From the IMG/VR virus record IMGVR_UViG_3300042503_002084: a stretch of 20,000 nucleotides of DNA; one strand, given 5' to 3'. The number at the start of each line of letters is the position of its first letter. The first letter of the stretch is position 1. The DNA is from an uncultured virus (IMG/VR IMGVR_UViG_3300042503_002084). Lineage: Duplodnaviria; Heunggongvirae; Uroviricota; Caudoviricetes. The notes beneath the pieces are model-generated. The model saw nothing but the letters and a program-made list of their open reading frames with translations. It did not search any database and was not told the origin of the DNA. Shown in pieces: positions 1 through 8,707 of the stretch. The position numbers and the translations under genes were made by a program.

Positions 1-600
1 GCTGTTGGTATTAATGACGGCAAAGGTAATTTTATTAAACAATCTTCACCATTTAATATCACAACTAATGAGAGAACTTGGGTTGAGTTATTTGACATCG
101 ATGGTGATAATAAATTAGATTTATTTTTGGCGTCATCTGGTAATGAAACAACAAAAGTTTATTATGGTAATGGTTCTATGAATGAATTTCCTAATATTCA
201 AGATTATGGGATAACATATTCATTTCAATTTAAGGATCTGAATGGCGACAAAAAGAAAGATGTTATTCTTAATAGGATTAAACACCAAAATAATCCATAT
301 GATGGGTACAAACTTCAGTTCTTAATTAAAGATACTGTGGGCTACAAAGATGTTTCATCAATATACATAAGTAACCAATGGCAAAAATTGGTTGGTGATG
401 CTAATAACCCACCAAAATGGTTTGATTATTTAGATCAAATAGATATGAATGGTGATGGATTTAGGGATCTAGTTGCCGGAAGGGCATCGTATGATTCTAA
501 AGGACTTGTAAACGGTCCGCCAATCTATCAAGTACCTGTTTGGTTATGGGATAAACAAACAAAAACATATAAGGACACGCTCATTACAAAAATGAGATAA
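1..600 (+). CDS. FG-GAP/VCBS-repeat (integrin-like beta-propeller) protein, 3' part; starts before the window
   Basis: Frame is open from base 1 (AVGINDGKGNF...). Repeated Ca-binding loops DIDGDNKLDL, DLNGDKKKDV, DMNGDGFRDL. Confidence 0.8.
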   Translation, partial: AVGINDGKGNFIKQSSPFNITTNERTWVELFDIDGDNKLDLFLASSGNETTKVYYGNGSMNEFPNIQDYGITYSFQFKDLNGDKKKDVILNRIKHQNNPYDGYKLQFLIKDTVGYKDVSSIYISNQWQKLVGDANNPPKWFDYLDQIDMNGDGFRDLVAGRASYDSKGLVNGPPIYQVPVWLWDKQTKTYKDTLITKMR

Positions 601-606
601 TTCTTT

Positions 607-638
607 AAAACCCAAAATTTCTTTTTTTGGGTTTTTTT
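607..638 (+). terminator. Rho-independent terminator
   Basis: AAAACCCAAAA...TTTTGGGTTTT stem followed by a T run, just after the stop at 600. Confidence 0.65.
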
Positions 639-655
639 AATTATATTAATACCCT

Positions 656-1003
656 ATGATATATCAAAAAATTTTACTCGGAATCTTGTTTGGTCTAATT
701 GGTCAAATAGGTACGTTCATGCAATTACAAGGTTCTTATAAATACGGTTGGTATGGGAAGTACCAATGGTTAGTTATATTGGCAAGTGTGCCCCTTGGTT
801 GGGTTTATATAAAATCGGTTAACTACTTTATCGAGGGTTTTGGTGGTCAAATATGGCCAAGCAGATTAGTTGGGTTTGGTGTTGGTGTTATTGTTTTTAC
901 ACTAATGTCTCATTTTTTATTTAAAGAACCTCTAGACCTCAAGAATGGTATATGTTTATTGTTAGGATTTACAATAGTTTTGATTCAATTGTTTGTAAAA
1001 TAA
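656..1003 (+). CDS. Small 4-TM membrane protein, DMT/SMR (EamA-half)-like
   Basis: 115 aa with four hydrophobic segments; C-terminal LFKEPL..K..I.L motif typical of DMT half-transporters. Confidence 0.6.
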   Translation: MIYQKILLGILFGLIGQIGTFMQLQGSYKYGWYGKYQWLVILASVPLGWVYIKSVNYFIEGFGGQIWPSRLVGFGVGVIVFTLMSHFLFKEPLDLKNGICLLLGFTIVLIQLFVK

Positions 1004-1005
1004 TT

Positions 1006-1035
1006 TTTGGTTTTAATAAAAAAATGTTAAATTTG
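1006..1035 (+). promoter_or_regulatory. Bacteroidota sigma-A-type promoter (-33 TTTG / -7 TAAATTTG)
   Basis: TTTG at 1006-1009, 18-nt spacer, TAAATTTG at 1028-1035; ATG at 1040. Confidence 0.65.
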
Positions 1036-1039
1036 ATTT

Positions 1040-1396
1040 ATGAATTTTATCAATAATCCATATAAAAATAGATGCCAATTAGAAATTGGTTCAACATTTA
1101 TATTCCGAGGCGACTATTGTACTGTAACAAGAATGAAACGTAATTTTTTTAATTACAGTATCCAAGGAACAAATATAAATGGATATATGTACTATGATTT
1201 TTATTTAAAAACCCCGTCAGCCGCTGGCAGAAAACTAAATTACGCTATGAAAAAGAAAACAATCAAGCAGACCACAAAGAGTGACACAACAATCACTAAG
1301 AATCTCCCCCAACAAACAAAACATATTGGTCAACTAATGTTCGATATTGCTAATATGAAAAAGAAATTAACATATCTACAACTTAAAGATAATTGA
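1040..1396 (+). CDS. Hypothetical protein
   Basis: 118-aa ORF directly after the promoter. Confidence 0.65.
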   Translation: MNFINNPYKNRCQLEIGSTFIFRGDYCTVTRMKRNFFNYSIQGTNINGYMYYDFYLKTPSAAGRKLNYAMKKKTIKQTTKSDTTITKNLPQQTKHIGQLMFDIANMKKKLTYLQLKDN

Positions 1397-1398
1397 CA

Positions 1399-1584
1399 AT
1401 GAGTAATGACAAACCAAACAAAGATGAAAAGATTTGTTATAACTGTAAGAACCTTTTATGGTTGGTAGGAATCGGTCAAGGTATTAAATGTGACTTAGAT
1501 AAAAAAAGTTTACCTAGTCGCTATTATACTTGTGATAATTTTGAAATAAAAAATGAATCAAATAAAAATGATTCTGATAAATAA
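1399..1584 (+). CDS. Small Cys-rich (putative Zn-binding) protein
   Basis: CYNC...C...C pattern; ATG at 1399 preferred over TTG at 1393. Confidence 0.65.
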   Translation: MSNDKPNKDEKICYNCKNLLWLVGIGQGIKCDLDKKSLPSRYYTCDNFEIKNESNKNDSDK

Positions 1585-1599
1585 TTAAAACTTAAACAC

Positions 1600-2187
1600 A
1601 TGAAAAACAGATCATTAGTTACAGCACTAAGACAATTCAGTCCAGATTTAAAGATTTCACTTAAAGCCCATTTGCAATATGGTTGTGAAGAAGTTGGATA
1701 TGGTTCTGGTGAATATGAGGGACTAAGTTTCTCACAAGATTATACCATTGGATGGAACGATGGTTATTTAAGCGCAGATGCTTGGGATGGTTACACCGTT
1801 CAAGATTTAATTGATGTGTTATTGGAAAAAACATTATCAAAGATCTCTGATGCTGACTTTGGTTTAAGACCAGGTGAACTTAGAAATGGTAATCCAGAGT
1901 ACACAACAACATGGGAAGATGAAGAACCATCAGAAGATGATATGCCAGATGATGATCAACTATATAACATGATGGAAATCGGTGACGCCGATTATAAATT
2001 CCAGGGACCACACGCTTTGGAAATTGAAGTTTATTATAATGATCAAGACGGTGAAGAATCGTCAATATCGTTTGTTTTAAACAACGATGAGGTTGATAGG
2101 AAACCAGATCCATTAGCGATTAAATTGATAAAATTCATGAGAGAAACTAGAAAATCAGCAAAGAAGAAAGTAGCAAAAAAGAAATAA
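1600..2187 (+). CDS. Hypothetical acidic protein with basic C-terminal tail
   Basis: 195 aa; D/E-rich core; ends RKSAKKKVAKKK. Confidence 0.8.
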   Translation: MKNRSLVTALRQFSPDLKISLKAHLQYGCEEVGYGSGEYEGLSFSQDYTIGWNDGYLSADAWDGYTVQDLIDVLLEKTLSKISDADFGLRPGELRNGNPEYTTTWEDEEPSEDDMPDDDQLYNMMEIGDADYKFQGPHALEIEVYYNDQDGEESSISFVLNNDEVDRKPDPLAIKLIKFMRETRKSAKKKVAKKK

Positions 2188-2188
2188 T

Positions 2189-2302
2189 ATGAGAGAAGCA
2201 TTTGAGGTAATGTCAGCACACCCACTATTAACACTATTCTTAGGTTTTGTAATAATAGCGTGTGTTACTGAAATAGCACACGCAATCAAAACAAAAAAAT
2301 AA
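2189..2302 (+). CDS. Small single-TM peptide (37 aa; not in ORF track)
   Basis: MREAFEVMSAHPLLTLFLGFVIIACVTEIAHAIKTKK fills the gap exactly between neighbours. Confidence 0.6.
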   Translation: MREAFEVMSAHPLLTLFLGFVIIACVTEIAHAIKTKK

Positions 2303-2305
2303 CTT

Positions 2306-2584
2306 ATGACCAATCAATACAAAATTTTTAGACAATCTCATTTAGATGAATATGGTGTGGAAGGTTCAATATCATATTACATCAGAGAACGCAAAACCTT
2401 TTTAGGTGTTCAATATTGGAAGGATATTACTCATGAAATATGTGGTATGGGTGATTGTTATAATATAAGAACCCGTTTTGATTCTGAGGAGAAAGCGGAA
2501 ACCTTTATTAAGGAAAAACTTTGCACAAAGATTGGTAAAGATAAGTGGGTGGAGAAAGAAGTAAAAGAATTAAATTGTGAATAA
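2306..2584 (+). CDS. Hypothetical protein
   Basis: 92-aa ORF with operon-like spacing. Confidence 0.75.
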   Translation: MTNQYKIFRQSHLDEYGVEGSISYYIRERKTFLGVQYWKDITHEICGMGDCYNIRTRFDSEEKAETFIKEKLCTKIGKDKWVEKEVKELNCE

Positions 2585-2585
2585 T

Positions 2586-2750
2586 ATGAGATTAAATGTA
2601 GAATTACTTGCAATTGATTTTTACAGAGTAGGAAGAAGTTGGATTTCTATTTTAGAAATCAATTATGGTCACCCATTATTTTATATAGAATGGGGACAAG
2701 GTATGAAAGTACAAATCAGTTTTTTATTTGGACTAATTAAAAATTATTAA
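2586..2750 (+). CDS. Hypothetical protein (54 aa; not in ORF track)
   Basis: MRLNVELLAIDFYRVGRSW...FLFGLIKNY; 1-nt gaps to both neighbours. Confidence 0.65.
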   Translation: MRLNVELLAIDFYRVGRSWISILEINYGHPLFYIEWGQGMKVQISFLFGLIKNY

Positions 2751-2751
2751 T

Positions 2752-3087
2752 ATGGAAAAGAAATTAGGAAAAATTGAATCAGTAAGATTTGGTCACGGAG
2801 GTTATCAAGATGCTTGTATTGGAATATCAGTTACATTAGGTAATGGTTCTTGGGGTGTTGGTGATTTTAAAGGGGCATGGGACCCAGAAATGATCAAACG
2901 CAGTGAATATACTCAATGGACTGAAGAAGATAGAACAAAAAGTATTGACGAGACAATTAGATTTGTTTCAAAACTTCTCAAAGACGCTAAAGTTAGTAGC
3001 GTAGATCAATTAAAAAATATTCCTGTTGAAGTTACCTTTGAAGGTATGTCTTTAAAAGAATGGAGAATATTAACCGAAGTATTATAA
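2752..3087 (+). CDS. Hypothetical phage protein
   Basis: 111-aa ORF. Confidence 0.8.
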   Translation: MEKKLGKIESVRFGHGGYQDACIGISVTLGNGSWGVGDFKGAWDPEMIKRSEYTQWTEEDRTKSIDETIRFVSKLLKDAKVSSVDQLKNIPVEVTFEGMSLKEWRILTEVL

Positions 3088-3095
3088 TTTAAAAT

Positions 3096-3746
3096 ATGAC
3101 AAACACACAATCACATGCACAAGTAGAATTAGATATTCTAAGTAAGAGTGTTCCAGATGCACTAATCCTGGAGTTTAAAGATGAGATCCTGGCGCTATGC
3201 GAGAAGTTCGGTAAGAGTGGACAGAGTGGTGGATCAGCACCATATGTTGCCGGAGCATTATCTTCTGCTGTAAAGAAATTATGTATGTTTCAAACCATTG
3301 CGCCACTTACTGGTGAAGATAGTGAATGGAGTGATATTACACAAGAAAATGGTGGAGAGATGTTTTATCAAAACAAAAGAAACTCAGCAGTATTCAAAGA
3401 CAAAGATGGGGTTTGGTATCTTGACGCAATTGTATGGTGCGCGGATACTCCAGGTGAAAGCGGAAACAACTGGGATAATTTTTCTGGAACTGTTCAAGGA
3501 ATTAAAAGTCGAGCATATATCAAAGAGTTTCCATTTGAACCAAAAACATTTCATATCAATGTAACAAGAGAAAAACTTCCATTTGATTGGGCTGAAGAAC
3601 CGTTTTATCAAGACAGTGATTACTATATCACATCTGAGTTTGAAGAAACCGGTATTAAGAGATGGATTCCTGGTGACAAATATCGTTACATCATTAAAGA
3701 TATGAAACAATTAGACGAAGTTTGGGGATATTATCAAAAAAAATAA
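3096..3746 (+). CDS. Hypothetical phage protein
   Basis: 216 aa; GQSGGSA, PLTGEDSEW and YQNKR..VFKD motifs resembling those of widespread phage hypotheticals. Confidence 0.8.
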   Translation: MTNTQSHAQVELDILSKSVPDALILEFKDEILALCEKFGKSGQSGGSAPYVAGALSSAVKKLCMFQTIAPLTGEDSEWSDITQENGGEMFYQNKRNSAVFKDKDGVWYLDAIVWCADTPGESGNNWDNFSGTVQGIKSRAYIKEFPFEPKTFHINVTREKLPFDWAEEPFYQDSDYYITSEFEETGIKRWIPGDKYRYIIKDMKQLDEVWGYYQKK

Positions 3747-3749
3747 ATT

Positions 3750-3989
3750 ATGAAACCAAGAAAATTGACGCTTGAAAACTTAAAAGAAATAAGAAATAAC
3801 ACTTCACTAGAAACTAGTATCAGAATTGGATTAACAATGGCTGATTATGATAACTGGGATAATGGTGATTACAATGGAGATAGAGAACTAATTAATAGAC
3901 AAGTTGACATTGTGTTGTCTAATATAGAAGAGTGGGTGAAAAACAATTATGTTAATCCAATAAGAAAAAAAGATGAAAAGGTCCACTAA
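3750..3989 (+). CDS. Hypothetical protein
   Basis: 79-aa ORF. Confidence 0.7.
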   Translation: MKPRKLTLENLKEIRNNTSLETSIRIGLTMADYDNWDNGDYNGDRELINRQVDIVLSNIEEWVKNNYVNPIRKKDEKVH

Positions 3990-4170
3990 AAACGAAAAAA
4001 CATATACCGAACTTGATTATAGACGGTATATGAGAGTAATAAATACAGTTATAATGCATACCGAGGGTGGTATGCGATCACTTGAACGTAATAAGAAAAT
4101 TAGTTCATTATCATATGACCAATGGGTTGATTGGCAACAGGGTAAGTTAAAAATAGAAGATGTAAAATAA
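3973..4170 (+). CDS. Hypothetical protein
   Basis: 65-aa ORF with a short overlap with the upstream gene. Confidence 0.65.
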   Translation: MKRSTKNEKTYTELDYRRYMRVINTVIMHTEGGMRSLERNKKISSLSYDQWVDWQQGKLKIEDVK

Positions 4171-4177
4171 AAAAACT

Positions 4178-4468
4178 ATGATACGAATAAACGATATTGA
4201 TATCTACAGAGATGGCGGAAGTGTTGGTATTTTCGGTTATGTTAGTCATAACGGTTTAGAAAAATCATCTTTCGTCGCACCTAGAGAACCTATTATTGTA
4301 ATTGATAATTCAATCGGTACAACTACTCCAGGTGAGTGGTATCTAGGTTGGAAAGATAAAGGTGCTCAATTAATTCAAGATGAGGAATTTAAAAGTTTGG
4401 TGAAACAATCAATTCAAACTCAGGTTAACCACCTATTAAGAATGTTAGAAAAAATTAATAATTTATAA
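4178..4468 (+). CDS. Hypothetical protein
   Basis: 96 aa; YRDGGS motif. Confidence 0.75.
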   Translation: MIRINDIDIYRDGGSVGIFGYVSHNGLEKSSFVAPREPIIVIDNSIGTTTPGEWYLGWKDKGAQLIQDEEFKSLVKQSIQTQVNHLLRMLEKINNL

Positions 4469-4469
4469 T

Positions 4470-4715
4470 ATGAACAACAGAGAAATGAAAATATCTGCAA
4501 CAGGTCGTGAGTACTATGTGCTGAATAAAGATGAGGTAAAAGAATTAAATGAAGGTGTTGCACACATGCAATATGTTAAAGGCATGTTGGAGTGGGATGA
4601 TGATAGTAAATATCTTCTCGTTCCAGGCACTGGATCATTTGTTTTAAAAGGAAGTGTAAATGAATCTGATGATGAGATATTGGGGGATTGGTTAAATCAT
4701 TCAATTTACAAATAA
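4470..4715 (+). CDS. Hypothetical protein
   Basis: 81-aa ORF. Confidence 0.7.
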   Translation: MNNREMKISATGREYYVLNKDEVKELNEGVAHMQYVKGMLEWDDDSKYLLVPGTGSFVLKGSVNESDDEILGDWLNHSIYK

Positions 4716-4942
4716 TGGAAGGAAGATTAAGTTACACAAACAATCACTGGATTGTAAATTATTCAAAATGTATTCCTGGGAGAATGACGAAAGAATGGGG
4801 GTATGAACTACCTTTACATCCAGCCAATGTTCAATTATTCAATGAATGGGCGTTGGTTTTTGACAATGTGGAAGCAAGAATACTAACGAGTCCGGATGTT
4901 AATTTTGAGATTGTGGATGAGTGCGCAAAACTTATATTATGA
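4715..4942 (+). CDS. Hypothetical protein
   Basis: Start moved to ATG 4715 (TAATG coupling with the upstream stop). Confidence 0.65.
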   Translation: MEGRLSYTNNHWIVNYSKCIPGRMTKEWGYELPLHPANVQLFNEWALVFDNVEARILTSPDVNFEIVDECAKLIL

Positions 4943-5184
4943 AATTAAAATACATCATGACTGAGTATGGTCCGGTGATCTTCCCAACCATGTTAATCCA
5001 TTCAGAGGTTGCGGAGGGTTTGGGGAATATAGATTCCGCCGGGTTTGTTTATGTCGACTACAATAAGGAAGAAGATCGTTTTGATTGCAAACCGTTCGGT
5101 GAGAGCATTTCCGTGGGAGTAGCATCAAAAGAAAATGATAAAGCAAAACTAGATAAAATATTCAATGAAGAAGATTCTTTCTAA
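4939..5184 (+). CDS. Hypothetical phage protein
   Basis: Start moved to ATG 4939 (ATGA coupling); H..VA..SAGF..C..GES.S motif. Confidence 0.7.
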   Translation: MKLKYIMTEYGPVIFPTMLIHSEVAEGLGNIDSAGFVYVDYNKEEDRFDCKPFGESISVGVASKENDKAKLDKIFNEEDSF

Positions 5185-5512
5185 ATTCACAAAAGACAGG
5201 AAAAAACATTTCTATAGAATGGTAAAGGAGTATGAGGATGCAACTGCGCTAGAGATATGGGAAGGGATTAGGGATAACTTCTTATTTGGGTTTATAGCGG
5301 CAACCATTATTGTATTTGTATCATCAAAGAATGATTATGCGGTATTTGGTGCGTACATAACGTACTATTATATGTTGGGGAGGATTCAAAACCGTCCAAG
5401 ATATGTCACCTCACTGGGGAAACTCATAGTATTCCCAATACCGTCCGCCGTAGGCGCTTTCGCGGGGTATAAGTTGTCCTATGTATTCCAGACACTGATA
5501 GGGCATATATAA
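5165..5512 (+). CDS. Hypothetical membrane protein
   Basis: 115 aa with about 3 hydrophobic segments. Confidence 0.7.
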   Translation: MKKILSKFTKDRKKHFYRMVKEYEDATALEIWEGIRDNFLFGFIAATIIVFVSSKNDYAVFGAYITYYYMLGRIQNRPRYVTSLGKLIVFPIPSAVGAFAGYKLSYVFQTLIGHI

Positions 5513-5557
5513 TGTTCCCCTACCCTATTTCCGCGGGTAGAACTACAATATAAAGGA

Positions 5558-5565
5558 TATTTATA
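5558..5565 (+). promoter_or_regulatory. Putative late-promoter motif TATTTAT(A)
   Basis: The same motif starts 11-14 nt before the ATG at 5570, 6879 and 9898 (- strand). Confidence 0.5.
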
Positions 5566-5569
5566 TCTT

Positions 5570-6859
5570 ATGAAGAAGATTATTATTACTGAGAGTCAAT
5601 TACAGACAATATTCCTAAATTTAAAAGAAGCAGAAGAAAGTAGAAAGGATATTATTCTATATGAAGATGAGAATGTAAAGTTTACGATTAATGTGGACGC
5701 TAAAGCAAATGAGGTGGTTATACCTATGGGGGATACCAAAAATGTGGGGATAAAGGTATTCAATAAGAGTGACGCCTATATGGTATTAACCGCCAAAGGT
5801 AGTGAAGATTGGGGATATCGCGGGGAAAGTGATTTAACGTCCCCTAAACAACCAATTAAACCTAACGACTTTAAGTATATGTACTTTACGGTAGACGGAA
5901 CTAGACAAAAATTGGGTGGGTATAATAGATCTGTTTTATATGTTACCTATATTACTAAGAAACTAACTAAAGAAGTAAAATTATCGGTTGCTTGGACTAG
6001 TTCAAGTCAAGAACAAACTGTTAACTATTGTAAACAGAAGTTTAATAATACGGAATTTCAGAATGCGAAAACATTCTTATTAAACTGGCTAAAGGATCCT
6101 GTTACAATAAAGAAGTATATGAAAAACTGGGAATTACCTTTACCCGAGGTTCAAGATATATTCAATGACTATAATAACACAATAAAGAACGCATACTTAG
6201 AATATGTCTCAAAACCTAAAGAATGGTTCTTGGCTAGGGTAGTAAGTAAGGGTTATAATGTTCTATTCAACACATCCAAAGGGGCACCAATAGAAATAAA
6301 TTGTGTTCAAAGTATGTTGGATGATCATAAAGAAAGTGTGAAATCAATCCTTGTACATGAAATGCAACATCTATTGAATTTAGTACACCCTTGGCAGCCG
6401 GATGATAAAAGTGCAACAGTATCTGGTGCAATAGCAGGTAAGAGTTCATCTATCTTAGGTAAACTAACCGCTTTAATCGCTAATAAACAAACACAAAAAA
6501 AGGACGCTATAATAGAAAGATTGGAAAAAGATGGTTTTGAAACTTATAAAGCATACGATATAGCATCCCAGTATGAACGTCTAGCAACAGACGATGATCG
6601 CGCTAACTACACAACAAGACCTAATGAATTGTCTTCATTCATTTTAGGTTTTAGACAACAAATGAAATTACAACCAGGACAAGACATCACCCCAGAACAA
6701 ATTATTAATAGCAAAAATGATGCGCAAGGGTATTGGTTGTTAATGTTTTATCTTAGAAGCGGATTACCTTTGGTTACATTCTTATCTATGATTAATTCAT
6801 ATGCGGATGCAAATTTATCCGCAACAGGAAGAAAAGACGATACAGCCAACGCGGTTTAG
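5570..6859 (+). CDS. HEXXH (zincin-like) protein with N-terminal MKKIIITE motif and probable Ig-like (DUF1573-like) domain
   Basis: ILVHEMQH plus downstream Y...PNE; N-terminal region includes FNKSD...PKQPIKPND. Confidence 0.7.
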   Translation: MKKIIITESQLQTIFLNLKEAEESRKDIILYEDENVKFTINVDAKANEVVIPMGDTKNVGIKVFNKSDAYMVLTAKGSEDWGYRGESDLTSPKQPIKPNDFKYMYFTVDGTRQKLGGYNRSVLYVTYITKKLTKEVKLSVAWTSSSQEQTVNYCKQKFNNTEFQNAKTFLLNWLKDPVTIKKYMKNWELPLPEVQDIFNDYNNTIKNAYLEYVSKPKEWFLARVVSKGYNVLFNTSKGAPIEINCVQSMLDDHKESVKSILVHEMQHLLNLVHPWQPDDKSATVSGAIAGKSSSILGKLTALIANKQTQKKDAIIERLEKDGFETYKAYDIASQYERLATDDDRANYTTRPNELSSFILGFRQQMKLQPGQDITPEQIINSKNDAQGYWLLMFYLRSGLPLVTFLSMINSYADANLSATGRKDDTANAV

Positions 6860-6867
6860 ATCACACA

Positions 6868-6874
6868 TATTTAT
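6868..6874 (+). promoter_or_regulatory. Putative late-promoter motif TATTTAT
   Basis: Starts 11 nt upstream of ATG 6879. Confidence 0.45.
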
Positions 6875-6878
6875 CTAC

Positions 6879-7571
6879 ATGAAAGTAGAAGCATTATTTA
6901 TTTCCGATGTTCATCTCGGGTCCAAAGGATCAAACGCCGAAGGCGTTCTGGCGTTATTAAAGCGGTACGAACCGCAAACATTATTCCTTGTGGGGGATAT
7001 AATTGACGGCTGGCTTTTAAAAAGAAAGTTCCGTTGGCCCCAATCACACACGAATGTCATCAGGAAAATTCTCTCCTATTCCAAAAATAACACTAAGGTA
7101 ATATACATTCCGGGGAACCACGACGAGTTCTTAAGGGATTATATTGAATATCATTTTGGGAATCTGGAGGTGCATAATGAGTACATCTGGAAGGATACAT
7201 TCATAACCCACGGGGATTTATATGATGGTGTGGTTAAACTAAAGTGGTTGGGCGTCCTTGGAAGCATTGGATATGATATGGCCATCTCCATTGACCGGAC
7301 CTTAAAATCGCTGGGGATGAAACGCTCTTTATCTAAATTCTTAAAGAATAAGGTAAAGGAAGCGGTAAAGTTTATCACGTCTTTTGAGCACGAACTAATC
7401 CGCCAGGCGAAGAAACATAATTGCACCAATGTTATATGTGGTCACATTCATCACCCAGAGGATAGAATGATAGATGGTGTCAGATATCTAAATTCCGGGG
7501 ACTGGATTGAAAATAACTCCTATATTATATACAACGAAGGAAAATATCAATTACATGAATATAAAGGATAA
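6879..7571 (+). CDS. LpxH-like (UDP-2,3-diacylglucosamine hydrolase family) metallophosphoesterase
   Basis: All five calcineurin-like motifs: SDVHLG, GDIID, GNHD, HGD, GHIH; also NSGDW. Start moved to 6879. Confidence 0.9.
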   Translation: MKVEALFISDVHLGSKGSNAEGVLALLKRYEPQTLFLVGDIIDGWLLKRKFRWPQSHTNVIRKILSYSKNNTKVIYIPGNHDEFLRDYIEYHFGNLEVHNEYIWKDTFITHGDLYDGVVKLKWLGVLGSIGYDMAISIDRTLKSLGMKRSLSKFLKNKVKEAVKFITSFEHELIRQAKKHNCTNVICGHIHHPEDRMIDGVRYLNSGDWIENNSYIIYNEGKYQLHEYKG

Positions 7572-8277
7572 ACTTACCATAGTAATTCCTTGTAGGAATG
7601 AAGAAAAGTATATAGAAAGAACAATAACTTCCATAGTAAAGCAATATGGTATAAAAGGTACTAGAGTAATAATAGCAGATGCTAACTCTACAGATAATAC
7701 TAGAAGTATAGTAGAATATCTCAAGAACACCTATAGGGATATTATCAACATAGAACTTATAGATGGAGGAAAGGTAGCGTATGGTAGAAATAAAGGTTCA
7801 GAACTTGTAAGTACCAAGTATATCTTATTCATGGATGCAGATGTGGTATTGTTAAATGAAAGGATAATAGATAGTAGTGTATATAGAATGCAGCATGAAC
7901 ATCTAGATTTAATGACTAGTAAGATAAAGTCCTTAGGTAAGGATATACGAACAGCACTAATATTTCACCTATTCAATCCCCTCAATAGGTTGATCTCCAT
8001 AAAGACCCCCTTCGCAATTGGGACTTTCTTCTTAACCAAAACAGACGAATTCAGAAATAGAAATGGGTTCGATGAAACCCTGCAACACTCAGAGGACTAT
8101 GCACTATCTAGAACTTATAATCCTAGTAAGTTTAGAATATCGAAATACTATGTCGGTCAAGACGATAGAAGGTTTAAAAAGATGGGCTATATAGGAATGC
8201 TTAAACTAGTCATCCAGAATTATCTCCATAGGAATGATATAGAACACTACAGAAAAGACGTTAAGTACTGGGACTAA
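7555..8277 (+). CDS. Glycosyltransferase family 2
   Basis: IVIPCRNEE, DANSTD, GRNKG, FMDAD, GFDE..SED and RRF motifs. Start moved to 7555. Confidence 0.9.
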   Translation: MNIKDKLTIVIPCRNEEKYIERTITSIVKQYGIKGTRVIIADANSTDNTRSIVEYLKNTYRDIINIELIDGGKVAYGRNKGSELVSTKYILFMDADVVLLNERIIDSSVYRMQHEHLDLMTSKIKSLGKDIRTALIFHLFNPLNRLISIKTPFAIGTFFLTKTDEFRNRNGFDETLQHSEDYALSRTYNPSKFRISKYYVGQDDRRFKKMGYIGMLKLVIQNYLHRNDIEHYRKDVKYWD

Positions 8278-8504
8278 ACTTCCGACTTTGGCTCCGTTTT
8301 ACTTCCGAGTTTGGCGTTCCTTCGGGTCTCATTTCGGGTCAAGCGAGGCCAACCGCCAGGTTGGGCGAGCGATTAATTACTAGATAAAAACACCCCTAAA
8401 AAAGTCCCGTTTTTAGTGCTAATATCCGTACCTTTTTATCGTATGCGTATTTGACACCTAAATGTATGACAGAATGTCCATTTTTCCGCCTAGATGTATT
8501 ACAA

Positions 8505-8513
8505 TGTGGAAAA
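8505..8513 (-). promoter_or_regulatory. DnaA box (TTTTCCACA)
   Basis: Matches TTWTNCACA on the - strand. Confidence 0.4.
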
Positions 8514-8698
8514 GTGGGAAAAAATGTTAATAAGTGGGAACTCCCTGGGGATTGACCCTTGACCGACTCACGACCACATTTTCTAAAAATTTTTGTAATA
8601 CCACGAAAATCAAGAATTAATTCCCCTCGCCGCCCCATAAAGGGGGTCGGCTCGGTGGCGCCCGTCATACGAAGTCCTAGTCATACAGCCAAATAAAG

Positions 8699-8707
8699 TT
8701 ATCCACA
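8699..8707 (+). promoter_or_regulatory. DnaA box (TTATCCACA)
   Basis: Perfect consensus; overlaps the palindrome CCACATATGTGG at 8703-8714. Confidence 0.5.

Noticed and set aside
1247..1396. Internal ATG (MKKKTIKQ...) suggesting two fused genes
   Set aside because: No in-frame stop or other evidence; cannot be resolved without homologues
6879..7571. Assigning the symbol lpxH
   Set aside because: The motifs (GNHD rather than the GNRD of E. coli-type LpxH) support only family-level membership
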